A stretch of 64,000 nucleotides of DNA from contig JBAYWG010000003.1 in assembly GCA_041674225.1 (NCBI GenBank), positions 2,582 through 66,581 of the forward strand, given 5' to 3'. A model generated the notes under the pieces. That model saw only the letters and a program-made list of their open reading frames with translations, was not told the origin of the DNA and did no database searches. This stretch comes from Minisyncoccota bacterium. Its GTDB lineage: Bacteria; Patescibacteriota; Minisyncoccia; Phycocordibacterales; JAACPR01. The position numbers were made by a program, and so were the translations under genes. Every line of letters begins with the position of its first letter. Position 1 is the first letter of the stretch. Shown piece by piece: positions 37,023 through 45,939 of the stretch.

Positions 37023-39404
37023 CTATCTCACCATCCAATCTTTTTGACTGTTTAAAACCTCTGAAACTTTTTCCATAATTTTATTTATCTCTTCATCAGT
37101 TAAAGTTTTTTCGTGCGACTGAAAAACAATTCTAAACGCGTATGAAACTTTTTCATCTTTCACGAATTTATCAAACAGGCGACTTTGCACCACAAGCTCT
37201 CCAGCATTTTCTTTAATCAAATTGAAAACAAAATCTTCTGAAATTTCTTTTGGCACCCATACAGCAACATCGCGCACAATAAAAGGATACACAGAAAATG
37301 CTTTATATTGTTTTGGATAAAAATCTTTTTGAAGTTTATAAAAACTTGTTGGTGAAACTTCTGGTAGTTTTTTAATTACTTTATCTAAATTAATTTCTGC
37401 TACTTTATCTGCAATTTGAAAATCTCCATCAGACAAACTGAATTTTGTTTTTAATTCTTCGATTGTTAGTTTTAAAGATTTTGCGTTTGAACTAGCAATT
37501 CCAAGAGTCCAAGCTTCGTCTGCAACGCAAAATACTTTTCCAATTTCGAAAATCTTAATTTCACTCAAACCAAGTAGATCAACATTTCTTGTATTGAAAT
37601 CCAAACTTTCTTTCAGTCCATCAGAAATATTCTTTCTCATGAAGCCTTTGTCTTTTGTTAATGGATTTGAAATCTCCACTTCACCCGCACTTCGGAGTGT
37701 ATATGTCATTGTATCTGTATATCCAAGATTCAAAAGAAAATCTGCAAACTCTAGCAAATAATAATGAGTTTTATCTACAACTACAGGACTTTCTCTTTTC
37801 ACTTCTTTACTTTGAATATTTTTATATCCATACACTCTCGCAATTTCTTCAATCAAATCCACAGTTCTACGAATATCAATTCGCTCGTCAGGAACTGCCA
37901 CTACGAATCTTTTTTCATTTTCATCAAAAATTCTTCCATAATAAACAACGTCTTTAAATTCAGGTGAATTATCTACATCTTCGATCACAACACCTTTATC
38001 ATCTGAACTAGTACAATGAATTATTTTTTCATCTCCTAAATAAACACCTAAATGATCAATTGGTATTTCTACTTTTGTACCGTCCATAAATTGTTTAGAT
38101 ACAGAATGTTCCGGTTCAACCATTGATTGAATCTCTGGATTATCTTTGAATTTATTTTGATTAGATTCACTTACCACGTGTTCATTAGAAAAAATAATAT
38201 CCCCTGGTTCCAAATCTTCTTTACTAATTTTTTCTGACCAAACTAATTGATCAATAGAAATTCTTGGAATTGATTGTCCTGACTGCAAAGCTGCATAGCA
38301 AGTCAAAGAAGAACAATCAAAAAACTCTGGGCAATCATAAAGAACTCTAGATCCAAACTTATAAGGCTTTCCTTCTAAACTTTTTAGAGTTTCAATAAAA
38401 TTATCTTTTGCTTTTACAATTTTATATTCAAAATTCAACTTACCGAAAATATCTTCGATTTCTTTTTCAGAAATATTTGTTCCTAAATATTTATTTACTT
38501 CTTCAACTGAAACACCAGTTTTATATTGCCCAGCTTTTCTAGGATAAATATCTACAATACTTCCAACTTTTGTATTGTCATCCGAAGCATACTTCAAAAG
38601 CATTTCTGTAAGTCGATTCATCGCAATTTCTGACCAAAGAGGTGTGATATCTCTCTCAAATCTTTTTGAAGATTCAGTATCAATTCCCAGAGCTCGACGA
38701 GTCTTACGCACAGTCACCGCATCAAAGTTTGCTGACTCAAGCAAAAGATTCACAGTTCCTTCTGCCACTTCAGCTTTCTTTCCACCTTTAATTCCTGCAA
38801 TTGCCAAAACATCACTTTCATCTGCAATCACCATTTCATTTCCTGCAAATTTAACTTCTTTATTATCAAGAGTTGTAAAATTAGTTTCTGCATCGGCACC
38901 TCGAACTAAAATTTTCTTTCCACTCAATTTATCAGAATCAAAAGCATGCATTGGTTGTCCCAAATCAAACATCACAATATTTGTACAATCCACAATATTA
39001 TTAATTGATCTTTGTCCGATTGCTTCCAACTTTTTTTTCAACACATCTGGAGACGGCCCAAACTTAACTCCACGAATTTCTCGTGCCACGTATCTCTTAC
39101 AATTTTTATCACTCACTTCCACAGAAAATTCTGTTTCAAAATCTACTCGACTCAATTCGTTTGGATATTTTTTCAAAGGAATACCAGCCAAAACATTTAC
39201 CTCTCTAGCGATTCCATAATGTGCAAAAGAATCATGTGCTCTGTTTGGTTGCACATCTATTTCATAAAGAAAATCATCACCATCTTGTTTTATAGATTCC
39301 ACTTCGTACGCACCAGCAGTCAAAATATCAGCCAGCTCTTTAGCTTCTGGAAGTTTTCCATCTAAATGTTCTTGAAGCCAATTGTGTGAAACTCGCATGC
39401 TCAT
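37023..39404 (-). CDS. pheT: Phenylalanyl-tRNA synthetase beta subunit lacking the N-terminal OB/tRNA-binding domain and carrying an inserted NlpC/P60 peptidase-like domain (aa ~335-495) between B5 and the B6/B7 catalytic-like module
   Basis: B3/B4, B5, the B6-7 block (VAVPDERIDIRRTVDLIEEIARVYGY) and C-terminal FDX-ACB are recognisable. The insert carries YDCPEFFDCSSL...GQSIPRIS.DQ...LEPGDIIF...HLGVYLGDEKIIHCTS, matching the NlpC/P60 Cys-His-His core. Confidence 0.85.
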   Translation of the reverse strand: MSMRVSHNWLQEHLDGKLPEAKELADILTAGAYEVESIKQDGDDFLYEIDVQPNRAHDSFAHYGIAREVNVLAGIPLKKYPNELSRVDFETEFSVEVSDKNCKRYVAREIRGVKFGPSPDVLKKKLEAIGQRSINNIVDCTNIVMFDLGQPMHAFDSDKLSGKKILVRGADAETNFTTLDNKEVKFAGNEMVIADESDVLAIAGIKGGKKAEVAEGTVNLLLESANFDAVTVRKTRRALGIDTESSKRFERDITPLWSEIAMNRLTEMLLKYASDDNTKVGSIVDIYPRKAGQYKTGVSVEEVNKYLGTNISEKEIEDIFGKLNFEYKIVKAKDNFIETLKSLEGKPYKFGSRVLYDCPEFFDCSSLTCYAALQSGQSIPRISIDQLVWSEKISKEDLEPGDIIFSNEHVVSESNQNKFKDNPEIQSMVEPEHSVSKQFMDGTKVEIPIDHLGVYLGDEKIIHCTSSDDKGVVIEDVDNSPEFKDVVYYGRIFDENEKRFVVAVPDERIDIRRTVDLIEEIARVYGYKNIQSKEVKRESPVVVDKTHYYLLEFADFLLNLGYTDTMTYTLRSAGEVEISNPLTKDKGFMRKNISDGLKESLDFNTRNVDLLGLSEIKIFEIGKVFCVADEAWTLGIASSNAKSLKLTIEELKTKFSLSDGDFQIADKVAEINLDKVIKKLPEVSPTSFYKLQKDFYPKQYKAFSVYPFIVRDVAVWVPKEISEDFVFNLIKENAGELVVQSRLFDKFVKDEKVSYAFRIVFQSHEKTLTDEEINKIMEKVSEVLNSQKDWMVR

Positions 39405-39405
39405 A

Positions 39406-40134
39406 TTAAAATTGATTATTAAATCTTAAGTCACCAGATTGCAACAAACGAATATCATCAATTCCGTGAAGCATCATTGCGATTCGATCCCATCCGAAAG
39501 CAAAAGCGTACCCTTGATACTCTCGCGGATTAACCCCACCTCTTTCCAAAACTTTTGGATGCAACATTCCCGCTCCCAAAACTTCAATCCATCCAGAATT
39601 TTTGCAAACAGAACAACCTTTTCCATCACACTTAAAACATGACATATCAACTTCCACTCCTGGCTCTACGAACGGAAAATATCCAGGGCGCAAACGCGTT
39701 GTAGTATTTTCTCCGAAAAGTTTTTTGAAAATACTTTCAATTGTATATTTCATATGACCAAGATTTAAATCTTTTCCAATCGCAGTACATTCAAACTGAT
39801 GAAAAACTGCTTCGTGAGTCGCGTCTGTAGTTTCGTTTCTATAAACTTTTCCAAAATAAAGAATCTTCAATGGCACTCCACGCTCTCTAGGACCTTTCAC
39901 TTGTCCAGCCGAAGTTTGAGTTCGAGCCAATTTTCCTGGAACATTTTTCAACCAAAAAGTATCTTGCTCATCTCGTGCAGGATGAGAGTCTGGCACATTC
40001 AGCGCGTCGAAGTTAAAAAACTCAGTTTCAATTTCTGGAATTTGAAATACATCAAAACCCATCTCATCAAAAGCTTCTAAAACTTGATGCATTATTTGGT
40101 TTAGTGGATGAATATGACCCTTTGGTTCGTTCAT
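39406..40134 (-). CDS. pheS: Phenylalanyl-tRNA synthetase alpha subunit, minimal form (catalytic core only, 242 aa)
   Basis: Class II motifs are present: FWL...GKVYRNETTDATHEAVFHQFE...FAFGWDRIAMMLHGIDDIR. Confidence 0.9.
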   Translation of the reverse strand: MNEPKGHIHPLNQIMHQVLEAFDEMGFDVFQIPEIETEFFNFDALNVPDSHPARDEQDTFWLKNVPGKLARTQTSAGQVKGPRERGVPLKILYFGKVYRNETTDATHEAVFHQFECTAIGKDLNLGHMKYTIESIFKKLFGENTTTRLRPGYFPFVEPGVEVDMSCFKCDGKGCSVCKNSGWIEVLGAGMLHPKVLERGGVNPREYQGYAFAFGWDRIAMMLHGIDDIRLLQSGDLRFNNQF

Positions 40135-40148
40135 GATTTAGAAGTTTA

Positions 40149-41123
40149 TCAAATTTCAGCTCGATATAAGTCTTGACCGTCTTTTACAAAGATTGTATTA
40201 CCATCTAGTTTAAAATCAGGTTTTACACCTTTAAAAATAGTTTGAACATTCGGTTTTGATCTATCATCGGCTTCTACAGCAAAAACATGTTTTCCTGTAG
40301 CCACAACAAACACATCGTTTCTATTTGGGAAAAAATCAAAACTTCGAATATCACTGTCTAAAGATATTATTATTTGATCTCGACAACCGCGAATATCACA
40401 GAAGAAAAATGGGGTCGACTGGTAATCCCCTGTCCATACCATATGAATATCTCCAGCCTCAAGCCACGCTATCATTTTACTATCTTCTCTCAAACCTTTT
40501 TTAGTTTCCAAATCTTTAATATTTAATTTCTCTAAGTATTCAGGGATTTTTATTTGAGTTGTCGAAGTAGCTTTTGTAGATGTTGATTTAATAATTTCTT
40601 TTTCAAAAACTAAAAGATTTTTATCTGGTGTTGTAGTAGATGTAAAAATATCTAAAGTTTCATCATATTCTTCATTTGCAACTTTTGTTGATGTAGCTTT
40701 TATCTTTGGATCTGTATTTGCCACAATACTAAACTTATCTATTTTTTCAAAAGGAATGTCTGTTGGCAACATCAAAACACGCGCTTCAGTAACAAGATTT
40801 GGATGTACAAACAATTCTTTATACCAAGTTGCATAACCTTCTTTCTCTACCCTTATTTTATAAGTCTCATTTGATTTTAGATTTTGTACTAAAATATTTT
40901 TTAATAAAACTCCACCAGACTCACTAAACTCATCATCGATAAACACATTTGCTCCAGATAAATCTGAGTGTACAAAAATACCTCCAGTCTTAACAAAAGA
41001 AAAATTATCCCAATCAACTCTATATCCAGAAGAATATGTTAGGAGAATTGGCACACCTGCTAAAAAAATAACTAGAAGCAAAATTAAAGAAGAAGATCTT
41101 TGTTTTTTTGATAAAGGTTTCAT
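40149..41123 (-). CDS. Membrane-anchored PEGA-domain protein
   Basis: N-terminal TM. SGANVFIDDE...YKIRVEKEGYATWYKE is PEGA-like. Confidence 0.45.
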   Translation of the reverse strand: MKPLSKKQRSSSLILLLVIFLAGVPILLTYSSGYRVDWDNFSFVKTGGIFVHSDLSGANVFIDDEFSESGGVLLKNILVQNLKSNETYKIRVEKEGYATWYKELFVHPNLVTEARVLMLPTDIPFEKIDKFSIVANTDPKIKATSTKVANEEYDETLDIFTSTTTPDKNLLVFEKEIIKSTSTKATSTTQIKIPEYLEKLNIKDLETKKGLREDSKMIAWLEAGDIHMVWTGDYQSTPFFFCDIRGCRDQIIISLDSDIRSFDFFPNRNDVFVVATGKHVFAVEADDRSKPNVQTIFKGVKPDFKLDGNTIFVKDGQDLYRAEI

Positions 41124-41131
41124 TATTGAAT

Positions 41132-42697
41132 CTATTTTAACTCACTTCTGTGTTTTGGTGTAACCCAAAATCCCATATACTTTCCAAACATCAATCTTGT
41201 TTGTGAATCCAATCCTGGAATCGCTCCAAAAATAATAATTGTAAAAGGAATAAACAACCATTGTGCACCCATGATAAACCATTTTGTTTTTCGCCACTTA
41301 ATGTATTCCGGCATTTTTGGAATCAATGTGAAAGCAATCACAGCAGAAAGCACAAGACCTCCCATGGCTAAAATCATTAAGTTTCTTGTGATAATCGGAA
41401 GGTTGTATGAAAGTACAGTTGTTCTAAACTCTGAACCTCCTAAAATCAGTGGCAGCCATCCTAGAAGCAGAATCACAAGCGGGTTTGTAGCCAAAGACCA
41501 AAAACCTTCAATCTGAATTAGACTGTATTTAATTTTGTCCTTTAGAGCAATCTTCTTGTGTTTAATAAAATTGAAAAGCATGTAAGGCACATTTTCTACT
41601 CCCCAACTCCATCGTCGGTGTTGTTTGTAAATGTTTACCATTGTCTGCCAAAATGTAGGAGCTAAGTTTGCGTCCATAGAAACAGGATATGAAATTGGGA
41701 TTACTTTATAATTTCCATCATGCGCAAAAAATAGATTCCAGAAAATTCTTGAATCTTCAGATACCATATTTTTTTGCCAATAACCGATCTTGTGAAGAAC
41801 AGCGAAAGGAACTGAGTGAGAAGAAAAAGTTGTAAGTTTTTCTGGACGCTCTTGTTGAATCATTTGCCAGAAAGTTGAAGACATCGCAGCAACACGAGAA
41901 ACTGCAGGAGCTTCCCAAATATTGTTGTTGTAAAGTGGAACTGGTTGATACGAAGCATGAAAACGATCCTCTGTTGTAAGGAAATGCCATGTTAGACAAA
42001 GTAGATATTGTTCCCAAGCGATGGTGTCGACATCAAAAGCAGATACCAAAACATCTTCGTAAGCCAAATTATTTGGATCAAGAACTTCTATTCTTGCTCT
42101 CTCTGCAGCATAAGAAATATTTGAACCCTTTCCGGCCATTTCTCCTACAGTGTCAGCAGGATGTCTTGTTGTAAGAAAATGAGCAAATTCATTTTCATAT
42201 TTAGATTTCATTTCTTGCGCGAGAGCCCAAGGTTCTTCACCCGCTCTTTCTTCAGCGGCTAGTACAACAATAATTTTCTTTTTGTCGTATTTTGTTTTTA
42301 AAAGAGATTCAATACCACCTTCAACCACACCTCTATCTTCTTTATAGAAAGGCAAAATAATCATGTGATAAATATGATCGTATTTGTGACCTTCCAATTC
42401 TTTTGACCAATCAACTTTTATATTATGCAAAAGACGCTTCCAGTTGTGTCTATGGTGATATGAAAGATGCATTGTTTTCAAAAGCCAGTACAAATCGAAA
42501 GCAATAATGAAAAACGCTGCCCAAACAGGTTTGAATATAGAAAAAATAACAATGATTAGAATTGTTCCCCAAGAAAGTGCTCCTGGTAAAATCTCTAGTA
42601 ACCGAAAAAGTTTTCTGTCTTTTCCCTCTAAATGAAATGCGTGTCCTGCACTAAATCCTGGTGTTTTTATATACTCCTCATTTATATCGGAATTCAT
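41132..42697 (-). CDS. Processive family-2 glycosyltransferase (cellulose/chitin-synthase-like) integral membrane protein
   Basis: Multiple N- and C-terminal TM helices. DVD (DxD). QHRRW (QxxRW) motif. Confidence 0.55.
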   Translation of the reverse strand: MNSDINEEYIKTPGFSAGHAFHLEGKDRKLFRLLEILPGALSWGTILIIVIFSIFKPVWAAFFIIAFDLYWLLKTMHLSYHHRHNWKRLLHNIKVDWSKELEGHKYDHIYHMIILPFYKEDRGVVEGGIESLLKTKYDKKKIIVVLAAEERAGEEPWALAQEMKSKYENEFAHFLTTRHPADTVGEMAGKGSNISYAAERARIEVLDPNNLAYEDVLVSAFDVDTIAWEQYLLCLTWHFLTTEDRFHASYQPVPLYNNNIWEAPAVSRVAAMSSTFWQMIQQERPEKLTTFSSHSVPFAVLHKIGYWQKNMVSEDSRIFWNLFFAHDGNYKVIPISYPVSMDANLAPTFWQTMVNIYKQHRRWSWGVENVPYMLFNFIKHKKIALKDKIKYSLIQIEGFWSLATNPLVILLLGWLPLILGGSEFRTTVLSYNLPIITRNLMILAMGGLVLSAVIAFTLIPKMPEYIKWRKTKWFIMGAQWLFIPFTIIIFGAIPGLDSQTRLMFGKYMGFWVTPKHRSELK

Positions 42698-42699
42698 AT

Positions 42700-42775
42700 T
42701 GGAGCCACTTGTCAGGCTCGAACTGACGACCTATTGTTTACAAAACAATTGCTCTACCAACTGAGCTAAAGTGGC
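42700..42775 (-). tRNA. tRNA-Thr (anticodon TGT), CCA encoded
   Basis: Acceptor GCCACTT/AAGTGGC. D-arm GCTC-AGTTGGTA-GAGC. Anticodon loop TTTGTAA. T-arm GTCAG-TTCGAGC-CTGAC. Confidence 0.85.
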
Positions 42776-42785
42776 GGTCTCTAAT

Positions 42786-43163
42786 TTATTTATTTTGATT
42801 CAACTGAGCGTCGTATCTCTCTACAGCACGTAAGTGCTCAGAGACATATCCTTTTGCTGAACCATCTGTTCTTCCTTGCACTAAACTAACTGCTTTCAGA
42901 GTTTTACGCAAGGCAAATCCCCAAAAACCAATCAATAGATGCAAAACAAATATCGGTATCTTTTTCAATTCGTGAAAAATCTTTTTTCGCTTATTTTGAA
43001 TCCACGCAACACTTATCTTCCAAATATCAATGATCAATTCGTCCAACGCTTCTCGAAATTTATTAGAAATAATATCACGACCAATTTTTATTTCCAGCAT
43101 TTTAAACAATACCATCACAAGCATTATGATTGCTGAAAAAGCAAAAATATTTATTAAAGTCAT
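42786..43163 (-). CDS. Hypothetical small membrane protein
   Basis: 125 aa with 2 TM segments. Confidence 0.3.
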   Translation of the reverse strand: MTLINIFAFSAIIMLVMVLFKMLEIKIGRDIISNKFREALDELIIDIWKISVAWIQNKRKKIFHELKKIPIFVLHLLIGFWGFALRKTLKAVSLVQGRTDGSAKGYVSEHLRAVERYDAQLNQNK

Positions 43164-43169
43164 GTTGAA

Positions 43170-43790
43170 CTATTCTACCACTGAGAAACGAGCGATGCGA
43201 CCAACTTCAATTCTCTCTCCAAGTTTTTGAACTGCTTCTTCAATCAGTTGAGCAACTGTTTTTGAAGAATCTTTAATATAGTCTTGGTTTAAAAGAGTTT
43301 GTTCTTTGAAATATGCAGCCAATTTTCCTTCTAGAATTTTTTCTTGCATTTCAGCAGGTTTGTCTTGAATATCTTTTTCAAATACTTCTATGGCTTTTTG
43401 TTTTGCAACTTCGTCGATTTCAGAAACTCTCACGTATTGAGGGTTTGTTGCTGCTACTTGCATAGCTAGATCTCTTGCTAGAGCTTGGAAGTGTTCGTTC
43501 TTTGAAACGAAATCTGTCTCACACAAAAGTTCTACAATAACTCCAACATTTCCACCTCCGTGAACATAAGAAGAAACTGTTCCAGCACCCAAATCTCTGT
43601 CAGCTTTTTTTGAAGCTGCTTTTGAAGAAAGTTTTTGCAAGATGATTCTCGCTTTATCCATATCTCCTCCAGCTTCTTCTAATGCACCTTTACATTGCAT
43701 CATAGAAACACCTGTAGCTTCTCTCAACTCTTTGATTTGCGCTGTTGTCACAGTCATAAAAATTTGAAAATTATTTTTTAAAAAACCCAA
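43170..43790 (-). CDS. tsf: Elongation factor Ts
   Basis: N-terminal UBA-like AQIKELREATGVSMMQCKGALEEAGGDMDKA. Operon partner of rpsB. Confidence 0.9.
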   Translation of the reverse strand: MGFLKNNFQIFMTVTTAQIKELREATGVSMMQCKGALEEAGGDMDKARIILQKLSSKAASKKADRDLGAGTVSSYVHGGGNVGVIVELLCETDFVSKNEHFQALARDLAMQVAATNPQYVRVSEIDEVAKQKAIEVFEKDIQDKPAEMQEKILEGKLAAYFKEQTLLNQDYIKDSSKTVAQLIEEAVQKLGERIEVGRIARFSVVE

Positions 43791-43802
43791 TAAAACCGAT
43801 AA

Positions 43803-44534
43803 CTATCTTGTGTTTGCAGCAGGAGCTGTTTTCTTTTTCTTTACCCCTGCTTGGTATGAAGAAGTTAATTCTGCAAGGATGTAATTCATTGTAGCAACTG
43901 AGCTGTCGTTTCCAAGTATTGGGAAACGAATTCCGTCGATATCACAGTCTGAATTTGAAAGTGTAATAACTGGAATTTTTTCTAGCTTAGCTTCTGCCGC
44001 TGCGTTGTATTCTCTTTTAACGTCGATGATAAATACAGCTCCTGGTCTTGATTTCATGTTTACGATTCCACCAAAACGATTTTCTAGTTTATCAATTTCT
44101 CTGTCGATAAGTAGTCTTTCCTTTTTTGTGTATTTTGCCAAAAGACCTTTTGTCTTTTCCATTGTTAGTTTTTCAAAACGAGAAACTCTTTTTTGAATTT
44201 CTTCAAAGTTTGTAAGTGTACCTCCGATCCAACGACCAGCAACATATGGTTGGTCAACTTTCTCAGCTGCATCTTTGATTGGTCGAATAGATTCTCTCTT
44301 TCCTCCAACAAAAAGAATTTGTTTTCCATTAGCTCCCAATTCTTCAACAAATTCTTTTACTACTTCCAGTTGAGCTGAAGTTTTTTCTAAGTCAAAAATT
44401 TCAATTTTATTTTTAATACCAAAAATAAAAGAAGCTGTTGAAGGGTGTCGTCGAGATTTTGAATAACCAAAATGAGCACCTACTTTAAATAGGGCTTCTA
44501 CGATATCTTTATTAACTGTTTTTCCATTAGTCAT
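43803..44534 (-). CDS. rpsB: 30S ribosomal protein S2
   Basis: LFKVGAHFGYSKSRRHP and overall S2 conservation. Confidence 0.9.
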   Translation of the reverse strand: MTNGKTVNKDIVEALFKVGAHFGYSKSRRHPSTASFIFGIKNKIEIFDLEKTSAQLEVVKEFVEELGANGKQILFVGGKRESIRPIKDAAEKVDQPYVAGRWIGGTLTNFEEIQKRVSRFEKLTMEKTKGLLAKYTKKERLLIDREIDKLENRFGGIVNMKSRPGAVFIIDVKREYNAAAEAKLEKIPVITLSNSDCDIDGIRFPILGNDSSVATMNYILAELTSSYQAGVKKKKTAPAANTR

Positions 44535-44585
44535 GTAGGCACGAGTTTATCAGAAAGTCCTTTATATCGCAAGAGTTTTAAGCAA

Positions 44586-45545
44586 TTATGAGTTTTGGGC
44601 AAATTCTGTGATTTTGTCGAAGATGTCCTGAATGTCTCCCATCATGATACCGTCCAGATTGTGCCAGTTTTCTTTGATTCTGTGATCTGTGACACGGTTT
44701 TGAGGGAAATTATAAGTACGAATCTTCTCAGATCTATCCCCTGTTCCCACTTGTTCTTTTCGTTCGGCTGAATATTTTTTAGCCTCTTCTTCTTCTTTAA
44801 GTGCCTCAATTTTGGCAACTAGAATAGTCATAGCTCGCTCACGGTTGGCTTGCTGGCTTCTTTCGGCAGTAGAGCGCACATCAAGACCTGTAGGAATGTG
44901 AATTATTCTCACAGCAGTTTCCACTTTGTTTACGTTTTGTCCTCCAGCGCCACCAGCTCTTGAGAATTCCATTTCAAATTCTTCTGGTTTTATTTCCATT
45001 TTAGATTTCTTTCGAATCGGTAGGACAGCGACAGATGCAGTTGATGTATGAATTCTTCCTTGCTTTTCTGTGGCAGGAATTCTTTGTACACGATGAACCC
45101 CTGTTTCGTATCGTAGAGTTTTATAAACATCCTTTCCGCGAATTTCAAAAGCAACTTCTTTATAACCACCAACAGAAGATTGTGAGTCATGAATTTTTTT
45201 CACATTCCAACCTTGCTTGTCTGCATATCGTTGATACATTTCTGCCAAGTTGTGAGCAAAGATAGAAGCCTCATCTCCACCAGCACCAGCTCTCACTTCG
45301 AGCACGATTTCATTTGGAAATTCTTCTTCAAGCGCTTCTTCTTTCAAAATTTCATCCATTTGGACAATAAGAGCTTTTTGTTGAGATTCTATTTGAGATC
45401 TTTCTTCTGCAGCCATTTCACGCATTGATTCATCATCAGAGATTGCATCTAGTTCTGTTTTTTGTTTTTCCAGACGCTCAAATTCAGACGCCAAAAATTG
45501 GGTCTTCTGACTTTCTTTATATTTTGTTAAATCAATTTCTTCCAT
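44586..45545 (-). CDS. prfA: Peptide chain release factor 1 (short form)
   Basis: GGQ motif. RF1-type tripeptide PAT (RIPATEKQGRIHTS) rather than the RF2 SPF. Confidence 0.85.
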   Translation of the reverse strand: MEEIDLTKYKESQKTQFLASEFERLEKQKTELDAISDDESMREMAAEERSQIESQQKALIVQMDEILKEEALEEEFPNEIVLEVRAGAGGDEASIFAHNLAEMYQRYADKQGWNVKKIHDSQSSVGGYKEVAFEIRGKDVYKTLRYETGVHRVQRIPATEKQGRIHTSTASVAVLPIRKKSKMEIKPEEFEMEFSRAGGAGGQNVNKVETAVRIIHIPTGLDVRSTAERSQQANRERAMTILVAKIEALKEEEEAKKYSAERKEQVGTGDRSEKIRTYNFPQNRVTDHRIKENWHNLDGIMMGDIQDIFDKITEFAQNS

Positions 45546-45696
45546 ATGCCTATATTAGCAGAGTTGAAAAATTTATTATATGAACTGCTTTTGTTTACAG
45601 ATAAATTTAAAAAACGTTGCTGAGTGTGCATCCGCAGGATTATATAACGAAGTTATATAGTCCGAGGACCGCACACAATGCAACGTATTTTTAAAT

Positions 45697-45909
45697 TTAT
45701 TTTTTAGTAGAAGCAGCTCGTTTTTTGTTGAATTTTTCAACTCGTCCAGCAGTATCTAATACTTTCGCCTCCCCTGTATAAAAAGGATGACAAGAACTAC
45801 AGATTTCAACATCAAGACTTGCCTTTGTAGAAGGAACAACAAATGTAGCTCCACAAGCGCATTTAACTTCTGATTGGTCGAAATTTTTTGGGTGAATATC
45901 TTTTTTCAT
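45697..45909 (-). CDS. rpmE: 50S ribosomal protein L31
   Basis: [10 protein letters not shown]...C.C...............C..CHPFYTG. Confidence 0.85.
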   Translation of the reverse strand: MKKDIHPKNFDQSEVKCACGATFVVPSTKASLDVEICSSCHPFYTGEAKVLDTAGRVEKFNKKRAASTKK

Positions 45910-45939
45910 AGTCGCTAAAATATAGCTAATTTATTGATT

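Noticed and set aside
38575-39365. Plus-strand ORFs (214 aa, 117 aa) inside pheT, and similar antisense ORFs inside the 1013-aa gene, gyrB, the ClpB-like gene and others
   Set aside because: They lie antisense within strongly supported conserved genes. They are typical shadow ORFs of AT-rich DNA.
44586-45545. Shortened RF1 (319 aa) as evidence for stop-codon reassignment
   Set aside because: RF1 recognises UAA/UAG and is expected in any code. Absence of RF2 cannot be judged from a 64-kb window.
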